From Bigelowiella natans CCMP2755 (lineage: Eukaryota > Protista > Cercozoa), in contig ADNK01002101.1 of assembly GCA_000320545.1 (NCBI GenBank), positions 1-40,829 of the forward strand: a stretch of 40,829 nucleotides of DNA, in the 5' to 3' direction. The translations under genes were made by a program, and so were the position numbers. Below the pieces are notes generated by a model. It saw nothing but the letters and a program-made list of their open reading frames with translations. It searched no databases and had not been told where the DNA came from. Positions 23,901-37,001 of the stretch are shown piece by piece; position 1 is the stretch's first letter; the number at the start of each line of letters is the position of its first letter.

Positions 23901-25473
23901 GTGTTTCTCTTATCGGAGGTGAACATCACGTGGAGCTGTCTCTCGAACAACTTCGCTCTTGATGGAGGCAACACGGGGCTCCTCACAAGTGCCGCGAATC
24001 CAGCCCTCGTGTTTGCGCCCTCGGCCCTGCTGCCAGGAGCTACCTATAGCTTCCAGGTGCACGTCCTCTCCAATATCGGGACATCAGGAACGAACACTTT
24101 CGCCTTCTCGACTAACAGCGCCCCTTCTCTTGGCACGTGTGGCTCAACCCCTGGCGAGGGTGACGCATTGCTGACAGACTTCCGGTTGGAATGCTCAGGA
24201 TGGGAAGATTCAGATCTCCCGATACAGTACGAATTCTCGAGCGAGGAGGCCTCTACCGGCGCGCTCATCAGGCTGGCCTTTTTGAGCACGATTTCATTTA
24301 AGACTGTGCTGCTGCCAGGCCCTAGGAGCGGCTCGGCTGTGAGCATCGTTGCGGCTATAGTTGACAGCTTAGGTGCGCGCGCGATCTTTAAGTTTACTGT
24401 CACAGTGGTGCAGAGAGCCTTGGATGTCAATGCCCTTGAAAGCTCCGTGAACCAGAGGCTGGCCGAGGGCGATACGCAAGCATTTTCTGCACTCGTGGGA
24501 GGAGGAGCCAACTACCTTCGCTCCGGCGTGAACACACAAACGGTCGCAGACAAGACTTCGAGCGTGAACACATTGCTAGGATCAGTCGAGGGGCTAGTTA
24601 CCATGGGGCTAATCACCGAGGATGCGGCCGTGAGAACTCCACTCTCTCTGATCTCCTCTCTCACAAACTTCGAAGATCCAAATGAGCTTTCCGCTTCGAG
24701 CCGCAATGCAACATTATCTCTGGTGGAGAGCCTGGCTGCGAATCCGCTCAACAGCTTCTCTGACAGCGTCGTCACCGACTCGCTGCTTGCCCTCGGCAAC
24801 AACCTAGCTTCCTCTCAGCTTTCTGCGGGTGTGAGTGATGAGGAGATAATTGATCTCTCCTCCCGGACGGAGACTCTCACCCAGAGGATGGGTGAAGGCT
24901 TGCTGAACGATGTGAGTGAGGGGGAGGTGCCCACCACTGTCACCACTGCTCGCCTGGCTATCACGGCGCAGAAGCTGAACCCGGAGGTGCTTGGAGGCCA
25001 CACCGTGAGCGCGCCCAACGGGGTATCGACAACCCTCTCCACTAGTTTGCAGGTGTCTGCCGCCAACGGCAGCGTCTCAACCGTAGTTTCCTTCAACAGC
25101 AACGGCTCCTTCCCCTCACTGACGAGCAGCCCCAGCACAGGCACCGTGTCGATCTCTTTGAATCAAGTGGGTAGGACGCTCAATGTCTCCAACCTCACCG
25201 ACCCGATCCTTATCAACATTCCCGCTAACATCTCAACCCCCGCAGCATATGTGGCTGATGGCTACAGTCCGTATGCAATTTGTCGGTTCTGGGACCCCGC
25301 AGCTAAAAACTGGTCGAGGCAAGGCGTGACGTCGAGCCTTGAGCCTGTGACAGGGAACAGCGTCTCGTGCAACGCTACACACCTTACCGCCTTTTCAGCT
25401 GTCATGGAATGGCGCATCGGCATCAATACCTTCGGGGAGGACGATATCAAGGTTCAGAGCGAAAACACACAAA

Positions 25474-25514
<41 letters not shown>

Positions 25515-25571
25515 AGAGAGAGAGAGAAAGGGGACGGACGGGGGGGGAGTGTAGAAGAAACACACACGTTT

Positions 25572-25645
<74 letters not shown>

Positions 25646-28183
25646 ATTCCACTGGTAGGCCGATGCCTTCACCTTGGATGAGCCAGCGATGGCTCTCTGC
25701 TTCGGGTTGTTCGCATTTTACATCATCTTTGGACTGGTGTTATGCTACAAGGACCGGAAGTATAAAGAGAACTTAGGCATCCTTGCATCGCAAGATTACT
25801 GGCGTCGTTCAAACAAGGTAGCCCTGTAATAATGTGAGCCTGATTCAGTGTGGAAATGGCGAATTATGTTTTTGGTATTGTTGTCTCGCAACTACCCTCG
25901 TGGTTTTCTTTCTACTACCATCATTGCCACAATCGTCCTCACCATGGCCACCTTCCTCATCAGGCAGTGATGGAGAAATTCGAGGGCGAAAGGTCCTTCA
26001 CTGCAGTGAAGGAGAACGCTGTGTGGGCTGTCAGGACCTCGCATACGTGGTTATCTCCGGTGTTCCGCCACCCCGGAGATTATATGAATTCGTTCAAACG
26101 ATTTACCATCGTTATCCTCCTCACCTTCAACGCTCTGGCGGTGGCTTCGCTCCTTCTGGGACAGGATCAAAAGCTAGGTCCCCTCAGTGGGGGCGTATCC
26201 ACGGCCATTGTGGCGATGGCGTTCGCATTTCCAGTCCCTGCCCTTGCCAACTTGCTCTTTGCGAGGAGTCGTCCGCGGGACTTCGCTCTCATCATCAATG
26301 CTTCTAGACTGGGCTGCCTAGTAGGCTCTTTCGTGACCTTGTTTTCCTTGTGTACTGGCGACGAGGGCCTCGTTGTGGAGGGCGCCGGTGCTTTGGCAGA
26401 CGTTGGTGACGAAGCTGCTATGGTCGGTGTTGCTGCGGGTGATGTGGCTGCGGGCGCAGTGGAATCCACGGAGGATGCAGAGACCGTCGATGTTGTGAAC
26501 ATTCATGAAAGCCAGGATATTGCACCCATCGATTCGAAAGATCCCGACCAAGAGGGGGGGGGGCAAGAGCATCGCTCGGCCGCTGTTGGCGGTGCTGTAG
26601 TGGGGGGTGCCGCCGGAGCAGGTGTGGGAAGCTCTCGCGGTGGCAGGAAGAAGATAACGCGCGCACCTCGACAATCCCGATCATCATCATCCTACAAGAG
26701 ATATGCAACCAAGCAGGCACAAACTGGAATTGATATGAAAGCGTCTAGGCCTATGATGAGGCGGCGCTCGTTGGCTGCAGACCAGTTTAAACATAATGAA
26801 GCACACGACACGCACGATTGGTCGAGATCAGACATAGCTGGGGTGGTTTTCTGCATCGTGTGCATCTTAGGATGCTGGTTCATCACGGCCGTGCTGGCCT
26901 ACCGAGCTAAGTCAGGCACTGGTGAGTGGGTCTTCACCACACTCACCTCCTACGGAATGGACATTGTCACCCGCATTATAGTGATAATCCTCCTCCAGAT
27001 GTTGTTCTTCGGCCCCTGCTGCTGTCTCTGCTTCTGTTCCAATCGGAAGCAGAACTACGAGGAGGGCGGGGAGCTGGAGATGGTCACCGTGGACAAAGTC
27101 AAGATAGTCAGCTTCGAGTCGGGGAACCTCGGATTTGAGTTCCTGGAGCTCAAGGCCGTCAAGATCTATCCTGGATCGCAGGCGCACAAGATGGGAATCC
27201 CATTAGGCTCGACAATTTTGGAGGTAAATGGCAACATCATCAAAAGCGACAAGATGCTCCTAAGGGAATTTCAGAACGCTCAGGCCACAAGCGGATCCCT
27301 GGTTATCAAATTTGGAATTCCGAAGCCTCTCGAAGAAGAGAAGGCACAAGAGGAGATGCGTCGTCGCTCACGCCTTGGAAAGCGCGCAATCACAAGCTTC
27401 GGAGATTCCACTAAACTTATTCCCATCGTAGAGGACGAAAAAGATGATGATGATGATGATGATGATGAAGCACAAAGCGGTGAAGCTAAAATCTTGAAGG
27501 AGAAAATGCTGGAAAGAATTAAAGAAATGAGGATGCGGCGGGCCGCAGCAGGGAGTAGAAATAATCCAAATTCTGTGTGGGGCTCGATCCACACAGCGAA
27601 AGTTTACAAAGATGCCTCAGCAGGACGTCACGGATGGGTTGCCAATATCGGTCAAAATTCCAATGATCGACCTTCTTCTATCGGTGCTCTCACCCCTCCT
27701 ACTGTCAGCGGCCATATTTCTCCCATCGCCCAGCATCGTTGGAAGCTGGATTCCGCTAGATCATCTACAGGTGGCAGCCCATCAAAGCGGGGACTCAAGC
27801 CAAAGCCCAAGGCCAGAATATCTACTTCACCTCTGCTCACTCCAAATGTCGTTTTTAAAACCAGCTCACCGAAACTGAGGTCAAAAGTCCTTGGAAGTGG
27901 AACGATGGGCCAAACCCGAAGAGGGAGGCCAGGAGTCAGGTCATCAACGAAGACTTCTAAAGCTACGAGAAGACAACGTACCAAGCCTAGAATCAGCATC
28001 CTTGATGAGGAAAAGCATTTGCCTTCACAGGAGTTATATGCTAACGTGGGTATCCATGATCTACACAGCGAAGTAACAGATGTTCCAGGCAGAGACGGGA
28101 AAGATAATGATGATGATGATGACGACGACCTTCTGCTTAAAGTCTTATCCCATAGAGATCGACATAGTAGGACGAGAATATAG
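20190..28183 (+). CDS. Polycystin-1/REJ-like membrane receptor: signal peptide, 3 beta-rich repeats, S/P/T stalk, REJ region, GAIN/GPS site, several TM helices, cytosolic PDZ-like domain
   Basis: Exons 20190-20725, 20992-21272, 21609-23088, 23339-25451, 25659-25817 and 25964-28183 join in phase. REJ-type motifs DGSGSSDP..FSWSC and NSAPSLGTC..P..G.ALLTDFRLECSGWED.DLPIQYEF. GPS motif CRFWD....WSRQG....CNATHL/TAFS. PDZ-like LGFEF...KIYPGSQAHKMGIPLGSTILEVNG. Confidence 0.88.
21690..22085 (+). repeat. Coding tandem repeats in the mucin-like stalk (39-bp SPSSISPSISPSK units and a ~110-120 bp duplication)
   Basis: Repeated TCGCCGAGCAGCATATCGCCCAGCATATCACCGTCCAAA; duplicated SPSISPSITPSSSPSFGPST...SPSCSPTIAPSVSP. 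Confidence 0.9.
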
Positions 28184-29195
28184 ATGTCCATTTATGTATT
28201 TCACTCGTTACTTCGTGCAATGTATATTAAAAGATACAAATTAATTAAATGGTGGACGACCCAATTGACACACATGTAATTGCGTAGATGCTTTAACTTG
28301 GCTTAATCATGATCTTGTACGCGCGGTGTTCAACCGTTTAATTTCTTAATTATAAGACGGATGTAATTAAATAATTATATTTCCAATAATGGTCATCTGA
28401 TTGTAGCTATGCAAAGCAGCGGCTACAGCGCTGATATTGTGTTTTTTAGTTTCTGCAATTATGTTTTTCATGTTTGCGAATGCAAATTCTTCATTAAAGA
28501 CACAGCAGTATGTATTGTTGTGTTTATTGTCATTAGCATCATAAACCATGGTTCAATGTTCTCTAAGTATACGTATATTATTCGCAAGATAGCCTGTTGC
28601 CACACGTACACACTAATGCTAAACAATGCATGCTAAACAATGCATATGCTGTACGTGATTAACGTTTTTTGTAATAACATCTGCATATGTGCATGTCTAG
28701 ATATACGTGTGCGTCGTCTATCATTAGCTCTGTACGTACGTCCAAGCTGCACAGTCACATTTAATTTGCGCTGCATCTTTAAGTCTCGTCATACTACTAC
28801 TAGCCATAAATGACTTTCCATCGGAGATCGTCACTACACGCGCGCATATGTCTAACTTAGGAAGGTGTCCTACTTGCAACAATGCACATGCAGCTTTTGT
28901 ATTGCTGCGAATTTATAATATCGTGCACTCACATCTGACGGACTGTTGAAAAATAAGGCATAGTGATGCTATATTTTATAATAAATAAACACACGTCCTG
29001 CCTATTTCGCATGCGCGCATACCGAGACGACTGTTTCGCCATGGTTCAAACAACGTTCTCACAAGCGCAAGGTGATCGCTGTAGCGGCATACTAAATAGC
29101 TCAACATTAGCAACAGGCTACAACATTAGAACATATATATAGCGGAACTGTAATCATTTCATTACACCCGTCTCATACAGCTCATATAAATGTCG

Positions 29196-29426
29196 TTAAG
29201 GTCTTGTGGTGGCGTAGTTGATGGCGTAGCCGACACCGGCAATAAACTCTACCCTTCGAAGCCCATGTACCATCCGCATTCTCAAGAGGTTTTCTTGCTT
29301 CGACACAGCTGAGGAGCATTAGGATTCATCAATAACAAACAACAAGGGTAGCAGCAGCTGCTGTAGCACCATGAGACGCGGAAGAGAATAAGAGTTGTAG
29401 ATGGAGAAATATCACCCCTCCCACCC

Positions 29427-29471
<45 letters not shown>

Positions 29472-29872
29472 GATGTATCGATTGCAAGTATGTCTGAATA
29501 CGTCGGTTTTGTGGTAGCATTCTCACAGTAGTCACATGTTGAGCAGCATTCTCCCCTCCTCCTTACTACTGATGCTGCCGCTGGTGTTATCACTTACTGG
29601 GAGGATAGGCAAGTTCATAATCGTCTAACTTCTTGCCGCAGCAGCCCATCGCTTCTAGAGGGGTCTCAAGCATGTTGAGGTTGTCGGAGTCACCTCTCTG
29701 TGGTAATAGTAGTTGTAGTAGTAGTAGTTTCCATGGAGAAAAACCAAGAAATAGGAGAAAGTCGAAGAAGAAGAAGAAAAAGAAGAAGAAGAAGAAAGAA
29801 TGACGGAAGCAGTGACAGAGAAAGGAAAATGAAACAAGAGGCATTAATGTAAAGCTTTGGATATTCCACACA

Positions 29873-29930
<58 letters not shown>

Positions 29931-32900
29931 AAACACACCCAGTGCATAAGAGGATATGAGCACATTTCTCATACTATCTGTGGGAACAAGTGCAACACCA
30001 CCAACAACTCTAATCCATCGTTGATTACCGTGGTGATGACCGACTCGAACGCTCCTTGGCATCTAGCCATCAACGCGACAATATCTGCTACAGCCAGAGG
30101 TAGCATGGTACCCTCTAGCACCAGTTTATGCTTTTGTGTGGAATCAACCAGCACCCTGGTAGTGAGTGAGTGAGTGAGTGAGTGAGCGAGTGAGTGAGCG
30201 ATGGGTGGATGGTAGGGAGGGGCACATGTACGTAAGAAGCAGGAAAACCGAAGCGGGGCAAGCAAAAGAGAAATGAGAGGACGTGAAGGAGGAGGAGGAG
30301 GAGGAGGTGGAGGTGGAGGTGGAGGAGAAGGAAGAACAGATGGGAATACGACAAGCAGCGTTCTCTTTGTCACGCTTATCGTTTCTACTGGAGCGTGCAC
30401 ATGAAACGCATTTAAACCAGTAGATCTACCTAGCTACCTACCTACACATTTTCACGATGCGGGCAGTCTCTAGATTTGCTCCAAGGAAAGGGCGAGGGCT
30501 CAAGAGAAGGGGGCGAGCGTCAGTGGGACGCTTGGGTGTCGTATTGAGAAGGTGGTTGTAGAGCATATGAACAGCCTAAATACAGGAAAAACAAATAGTT
30601 AGAACAACACAGAGGAGGAGGAGGAGGTGGAGGGTAAGCAGAAGAAGAAGAACACGAAGAAAAAGAAGAAGAAGAAAAAAAAGGAGACACAAGGAGTAGA
30701 GGTTGTCGATACTATGGAACACAAAAATGCTGTATTATTAGTTCATCGTTGGAACTTCAAAAGCACGATGTCGTCGTCATCATCATCATACTACTACTAG
30801 CACTCTCCTCCTCTTCCCCCTCCTCCTCCTTCTCCTTCTCACGGTATTACTGAAACAGTAACAAGAACAAATACAACGACCTCTCTCCCCTCCACCACAA
30901 TGGCTGCGCGTACAGATCTGTCATCTTCCATATATTTCACCTGATGAAGAGGAGGAAGAATGATGCATGCGAACAGATGATACAGAAACGTCATCAGAGA
31001 GCGAGCAGGAAGATGAGCATAAAAACGGAGATGATACTGTTATGAATGATTTACGGAAGAGATGATGAAAAATCATCAACGGCTCAAGAAGGAAGGCCTT
31101 ACACATCTATTTATCATCATAGCTAGTCTGTCGGTCTAATACAGCTATTGACGCTACTAATAAACTACTACTGCTGCTGCTGCTACTACTACTACTACTA
31201 CCACTACTACTACTACTACTCACATCCGCCAAGCTTCGAGTGCCGCCTGGCTGAGCTGCTTCTAGGGCCTAACACAAGCAGTTTGTGCCGTTATTCACAG
31301 TGGAGCGGAGGATATTTTGGGGGAGGGAAGGGGGCAGAAACGCTGAGCATCCTTGCCAGATAGGGAGAGAACGGATGAGCATAGAGGGCAAAGGGGGGGA
31401 AATGGGTATATTTTCTGTCATATTCAGCCGTTCACTACTTGGGACTATTAAAAACAACAGTAGGCATCGCGATAGAACTGCTATTGCTGCTGGTGCCTCT
31501 TTTTGTTGTCCATGCAGCAATATTCTTCGTCAAGCTACTTCACATCTAACCTTCATGTCTTCCATCACTGTAGCGTGGTCTGCTGCCTCCTCCTCCTCCT
31601 CCTCTTTACCTTTCTTATCAAGCCTACTTCGCCGAAGAGGCTCAGAGAACGGGATGCCCTGATTGGAAAAAAAATAAATGCTTACATTGTGATATATAAA
31701 TCCGTATGATCATTAAATGTAATAGTCTAATATACCGCATTTTTTAGCCCAGTTCGGAATACGTAGGTAGTATGAGAAAATATAGCTCTTGTCTTGACGT
31801 GCTGCGTACGGGGAGAGGAAGAGGAGGAGGAGGAGGAGGAGGAGACGATGTGGTAGAAAGTAAAAAGAGTAAGAAATTGAAGGGAAATTAGGCACAATGT
31901 AGTGAGTCTAAACAGAAGCATTGAGAGTTGTTCTTGCTGGCATTATCATTAAAACGGAAAAGTGTGCACAGACTCAAGTGAAGCATAGGCGTTTCGATGT
32001 TCCTCACCTTCTTTCCCCTCTTCTTCCTGGACTTACTTTCGCCAGGAAGGAAGAGTATCGTACAGTTAGAGTTCTCAAAGTAAAAATAGGGAGATTCTTT
32101 TGCTCTGATTGCGCTATATCCGCTTCTGAAGGCGGCCTCCCAGTCCTCCCATTGCTCGCTCGATGTGTACTGTTTTCGATGACTGCTCGTGCTGGTACTT
32201 GTGTTCCCGCCCACATCCTTTCTCCTTTGCTTCATCGCTGAGGATTCTTCACTCGGGTGCCGCCATGTCAGCAGAAGAGAGGCCAACTCAGAGGAACGGT
32301 CTCCTGTCTTTTTTTTCTTCCTTCGTCTAGATGCTAACGAGGATGCCGCTGACGATGACGACGATGTCTGTGCTAGATGCAAGCCGAAAGACGGGCTAAA
32401 TAAGGAAGGCTTGGAGGCAGACATGCACCAATCAAAGCTTCGAGAAGAGGTAAATTGAATTCGGCGTTTCACACCGAAGTCAATGGGTACGCGCTTGCAC
32501 AGGTATCCTTGACGTACAGCCCCGTGCGAAAACGTCCCCTCCCCCTCCCCCCCCTCATCCAGAGCATTCAAGAACTTATTGACTGCGAGGGTCTCTTCGA
32601 CTTCTCCGGATGGAACTCGTTCTCTGAGACAAAATTCATTCGATAAAACCTTGGTCATGTTTCAACCATGGGCACGTAGGAAGTGAAAACATCTATCAGA
32701 TCCCCCCCCCCTCCCTTTTAAACACCGCACCTGCCATTTGCCGTCTGATATCCAGCATTTTCCTTCTTGGATGCTCCTCCCCCTCCTCCCTTGCCTACCA
32801 GTGCACCAGTCCTTGCGGGTTCGAAGGGAGCAAACATCTGCTCCGCTCGGGTGAGTGGTCTTTGGCGGGAGCAGAAAGGCGTTGTGGTTTTTCATTCGCG

Positions 32901-33159
32901 ACATGGTGTATTCCATGTCGCTGGGACAATTTATCACCGTGTTTGCTTCAGAATGTGCAACAGGCGAAACGCTCTCCCGCGCTTGTGAAGGGGTAGCGTC
33001 GCATTCCGATCCCCCCTTCACTGTCCCGGAAGCAAAACCGCCCAAACTCTTCATCTTTCTGGGTTTGTACGCTCGGGAATGTTTGCTTCGATGGTACTTC
33101 GAAAGCGCTAATCTCCCGGACAAATGCATCTTTGGTGAGAACGCAGTCGCAACACACAT
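29196..33159 (-). CDS. DONSON: Protein downstream neighbor of Son (replisome/CMG assembly factor), multi-exon; start uncertain
   Basis: Family motifs in the expected order: PIDFGVKRRIQFTSSRSFDW; LLTWRHP; WEAAFRSGYSAIRAKESPYFYFENSNCTILF; AIFSHTTYVFRTGLKNA|GIPFSEPL; PLLLSPRPFLGANL; HKLVLEGTMLPLAV. Predicted stop TAA at 29196-29198. Confidence 0.85.
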
Positions 33160-33315
33160 TGGACCAATTGGGCGAAATCACATCGAGAGTGATGATCGGT
33201 TGACGATGTTCAGTTTGTGCGCATTTAGAAACGCTTTGGGGGTTGATTGTGAAATGATCTCTCGTCCATGTGTCTGCTAATCGTGTCTGTCTCATGTGTG
33301 TGTGTTTCTGTCTCA

Positions 33316-33352
<37 letters not shown>

Positions 33353-33974
33353 ATGTGCGTGTGTGTGCATTGCCAGATTGCATGGTGTCACATCGTCACA
33401 GCGGGCGTGAGCGCAGCTGCAATTGCGCAGCTAGAAAGCGTGCACGGATGTACTACACAGTGGTGACGGTTGCAGTGAGTACAGTTGGCCATGAATTCAC
33501 AGCATCATGATGATTGCGTGCGAATGAGTCTCACCAGCTAGCCAGCACTAGCAGCAGCTCAGCTCAAACAAGCAATGGTGCGCTGACGGGCTGGGTGATC
33601 AATTGTGCATCCACTGTCACATTGAACATCCAAGCACACAATGTATGTTGTCACAGTGTTGTGTGTTGATCGGCGCGACTGCTGTGTCACATGTGCACAC
33701 GCAAATGCAAGTCAACAGGTCACACAGTGTCTTTCATTCTTGTGTCCACGTGAACACGCCTGCCTGCTCCAGTGCTTGCATCAACATTAGGCGGGCTCAG
33801 GTGCATGCCGCGTGGGCGCATGCATCGCCACGCGCCCTTCATGGCAACTTGCGTGTTGCATCCACAGACCAGGCACATCTCACATGTTGTGACAAATTGC
33901 TAGTAGGATGCCAGGCTCATTCTAGCATTGCTAGATTGGTACCACAGCACACACAGGAAATATCCCGTCCCATG

Positions 33975-35282
33975 TCAATTCAGGCGATACATCGGACATT
34001 GTCTGTGCCACAAAAAAAAGAAATTAATGGATTCGCCAATGCAGATACCAACTTAATAGTGCCTACCTTGGGAGGTCGAAGACTTTGTTGTTCTTCACGC
34101 TTACACGAATGTTATCGTTACGTCTTTTGTCCCTATATTATTGTAGTAGAACCCCATTGCTATCAGCTTAATCGCAATAGAAAACACAAGATGTGTCCCT
34201 TTCAGTTTTCTTTCAAGTGACAACCTCTCTCGTTCGGTAAGGAACTTCAACGATTTTTCTTGCTTGGAAAGCTTCTTCCATGCTCCCAAATCTACATTCT
34301 CAGAATCGCTTTGAGGGAGAGGCTGTGTTGTGGGGTGAATTATTAGAGTAAACTCATCAGTTATGTAATCAAATATTACGATATCTATGTTGATATTCCT
34401 GAGCTTCTCCATTTTCCGGGTTTTCCTGCAATGTCAACAGTATCCGATCAACCATCATCATCGACGCAATTTTAGCAAAACGTGATTGCGACACTTTCAG
34501 CTTCGTGCATATGTTGGGTGTTTGTCCGCGCCAAAGTGAGGAAAGGAAGGAAAAGCAACAGCGATATTACTTCGATTTGATGAGCTGGCGTGTACCGTCG
34601 GGGTGCACCACAACAAGATCTCGCCCTGTTTTTATAATATTATCATTTAATGATAACTCTCGCGAATGTTACCACTGCTACGACAACCATGCTGCAGAAG
34701 GATAAGAGGAGGGGGGCGGTGAGAATATTGCGGTGGAGTGCCAACAAGATAATCCAAAAGCCAAATACATTACAAAACACATGATGAGTAGGGAAAATAT
34801 ACCGTTATCGGCAAGTTCTGTTCGTGGTTCTATTTCCCTGTTGGAATCAATGTCAAATCAGCATGTGAGATGACGACGACGCTGCTGCTGCTGCTGCCGA
34901 AACGGGGAATTTAAAATGAGACGATGCATACTACACCAGAGTACAAGGAAGAGGAAGAACCAACTTGCATTGCGCGACCGGTCGCGTTTGACGAAGTACC
35001 CCTCCCCTTTCTCTCCACTCACATCATATGCTTGCTTCTAAAGTCTCGAAAAGAGAGAGAATCTTTCATCAAGTTCTACAAACTCTAACTCATCGCTCTT
35101 GGTTTTTTCAATTGGATTACATGTCCCTCGCCATTCCTCTAACGTCGTAGAATCTGCAGGAGGAGGAGGAGGAGGAGAAGAAGAAGAAGAGGCTGTTAGC
35201 AAACGGAGGACGGTACAGCCTGAGAAACTAGAAGCTCGTGTTGTGTCCCTCTCTTTGGACGACATTGTGTTGTCACCACAAC

Positions 35283-35315
<33 letters not shown>

Positions 35316-35701
35316 TGCTACTACTACTATTAGAACTATTTTTCGTAGTGCTACTAGTATCATCACTACCGGTAGTACTCTTCCTCATTACCCTTGAACT
35401 TAAAACCTGCCGAAGTAAGCAGGAAGGCAGGCAGCAACCACAAAAAGCAACCCAACCCGAAGAGATGAGGATCGAGAGCAGCATCATACTACTTTTTCTG
35501 TGAAAACATTTACTACTACTACTACTACTGCTGCTGCTGCTAAATATTCTGGAATAAAATTATCGTAGTCCAACGCACCAAAATCTTTCTTCGCTTGCAT
35601 ATGTTCCTGGCAGGCCTGGGGAAGGGGGAGGGGAGCAAAGGGTGGTGTGAATAGCAAGACTGGAATACTTTTCCGGTATGGCTATATGCATGTATAAGTA
35701 T

Positions 35702-35739
<38 letters not shown>

Positions 35740-36949
35740 CTTCTTTGACTTGAACCGACTTGGCCTTCGATTTACAGCACTAACAGAAAGCGGAAAATGA
35801 CCTTCCGACACCTACACGGAGTGGGAAGGCTGAGGCGAATTCAAGCAGCGTTAGACAATAGCAACTTGCCACCTTCCCTCCACCCCCCTACCTTGGCCAC
35901 AAGATAGCAAAGAAAACCGTGCAGGTTACGCAGTCTGTGTCGATAGGGAATTCGAATGTCGTACCTATATGAAGGAGAAGGAGGAGGAGGAGGAGAAGAA
36001 GAAGAAGAGAGGGGATTAATTTGACATTGAATACTATGTAATTACTTGGCATCGTCACGTCGTGTCGAGGCAATCCCCCTCCGCCCCAAATTAACTGTAC
36101 ATTATTTCATTTGTTTATCATTATCATCATCATCATCATAATCCTACTTATCATTTCACAATATGATCATCGTATTGACAAATACTTGTCTTCGAGGTAG
36201 CTCACAGCTTCTTCAAGAGTGTTGGACTCATGACTGTCAATTGGGCATTCGAGAGGGTTGAATTTCGATAAATTCCCTGCTCATTTAGTTGGAGGGGGGG
36301 GGGGGGGGAGGAGGTAGAGGTAGAACATGAGTTGAAAGGAAACGAAAATGGTGTGCAAATTACCGCCACCACCACCACTTAAACAAGTAACACAAAAGAT
36401 ATTTACATACATTCGGTGGGGTCCACAGGCTTGGAATTGAGGTTTCTTTCTTGTTGCTGTTGCGAGAAAGAGAAAGGAGATGAGGGGAAATAGCCAAGGA
36501 AAAAATACTACAAAATTGTCATGCTGCTGAGAATGCCGCCCCTTTGGAAGAAAATATGGATGCTGTGGAAGATGAGGTCGGTGTTTTATCCTACTCTATA
36601 TCTGATATCGGCGGGGTTCTCCCTTAGTGTGATATATGGGTCCGGAGGCATTTCGAGCTTCCCCTTCCTTAGGATCTTTCTATACCTGAAAGAAGAACAA
36701 GATAGAGACACTCATGAGAGTGACGAAGATGATCATTATAATGAGGAAAATAATAGCTGTTGTCTCTCTTCCTCCTTTCTATCATTATATATGTTGTGCG
36801 TGATTATTACTTGCCGGACTGCACGTAAGAGCGGTACGTCTGCTCGGACTTGAAGGACTTCCGAGTGAGAGGATCCGTCCTTCATAGGTATTTCCAACAC
36901 ATAATAAAAAATGAATATCTTGCGACAGAGAAGGCATACGTACATTTAA

Positions 36950-37001
<52 letters not shown>

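Noticed and set aside
21592-25144. Long antisense ORFs within the REJ gene
   Set aside because: Shadows of GC-rich or repetitive coding sequence on the opposite strand.
33226-33273. Alternative last exon of REI1, which would make the second island intronic
   Set aside because: A nearer acceptor with a strong pyrimidine tract (34003-34020) gives LPRQCPMY, which fits REI1 C-termini better; not excluded without RNA-seq.
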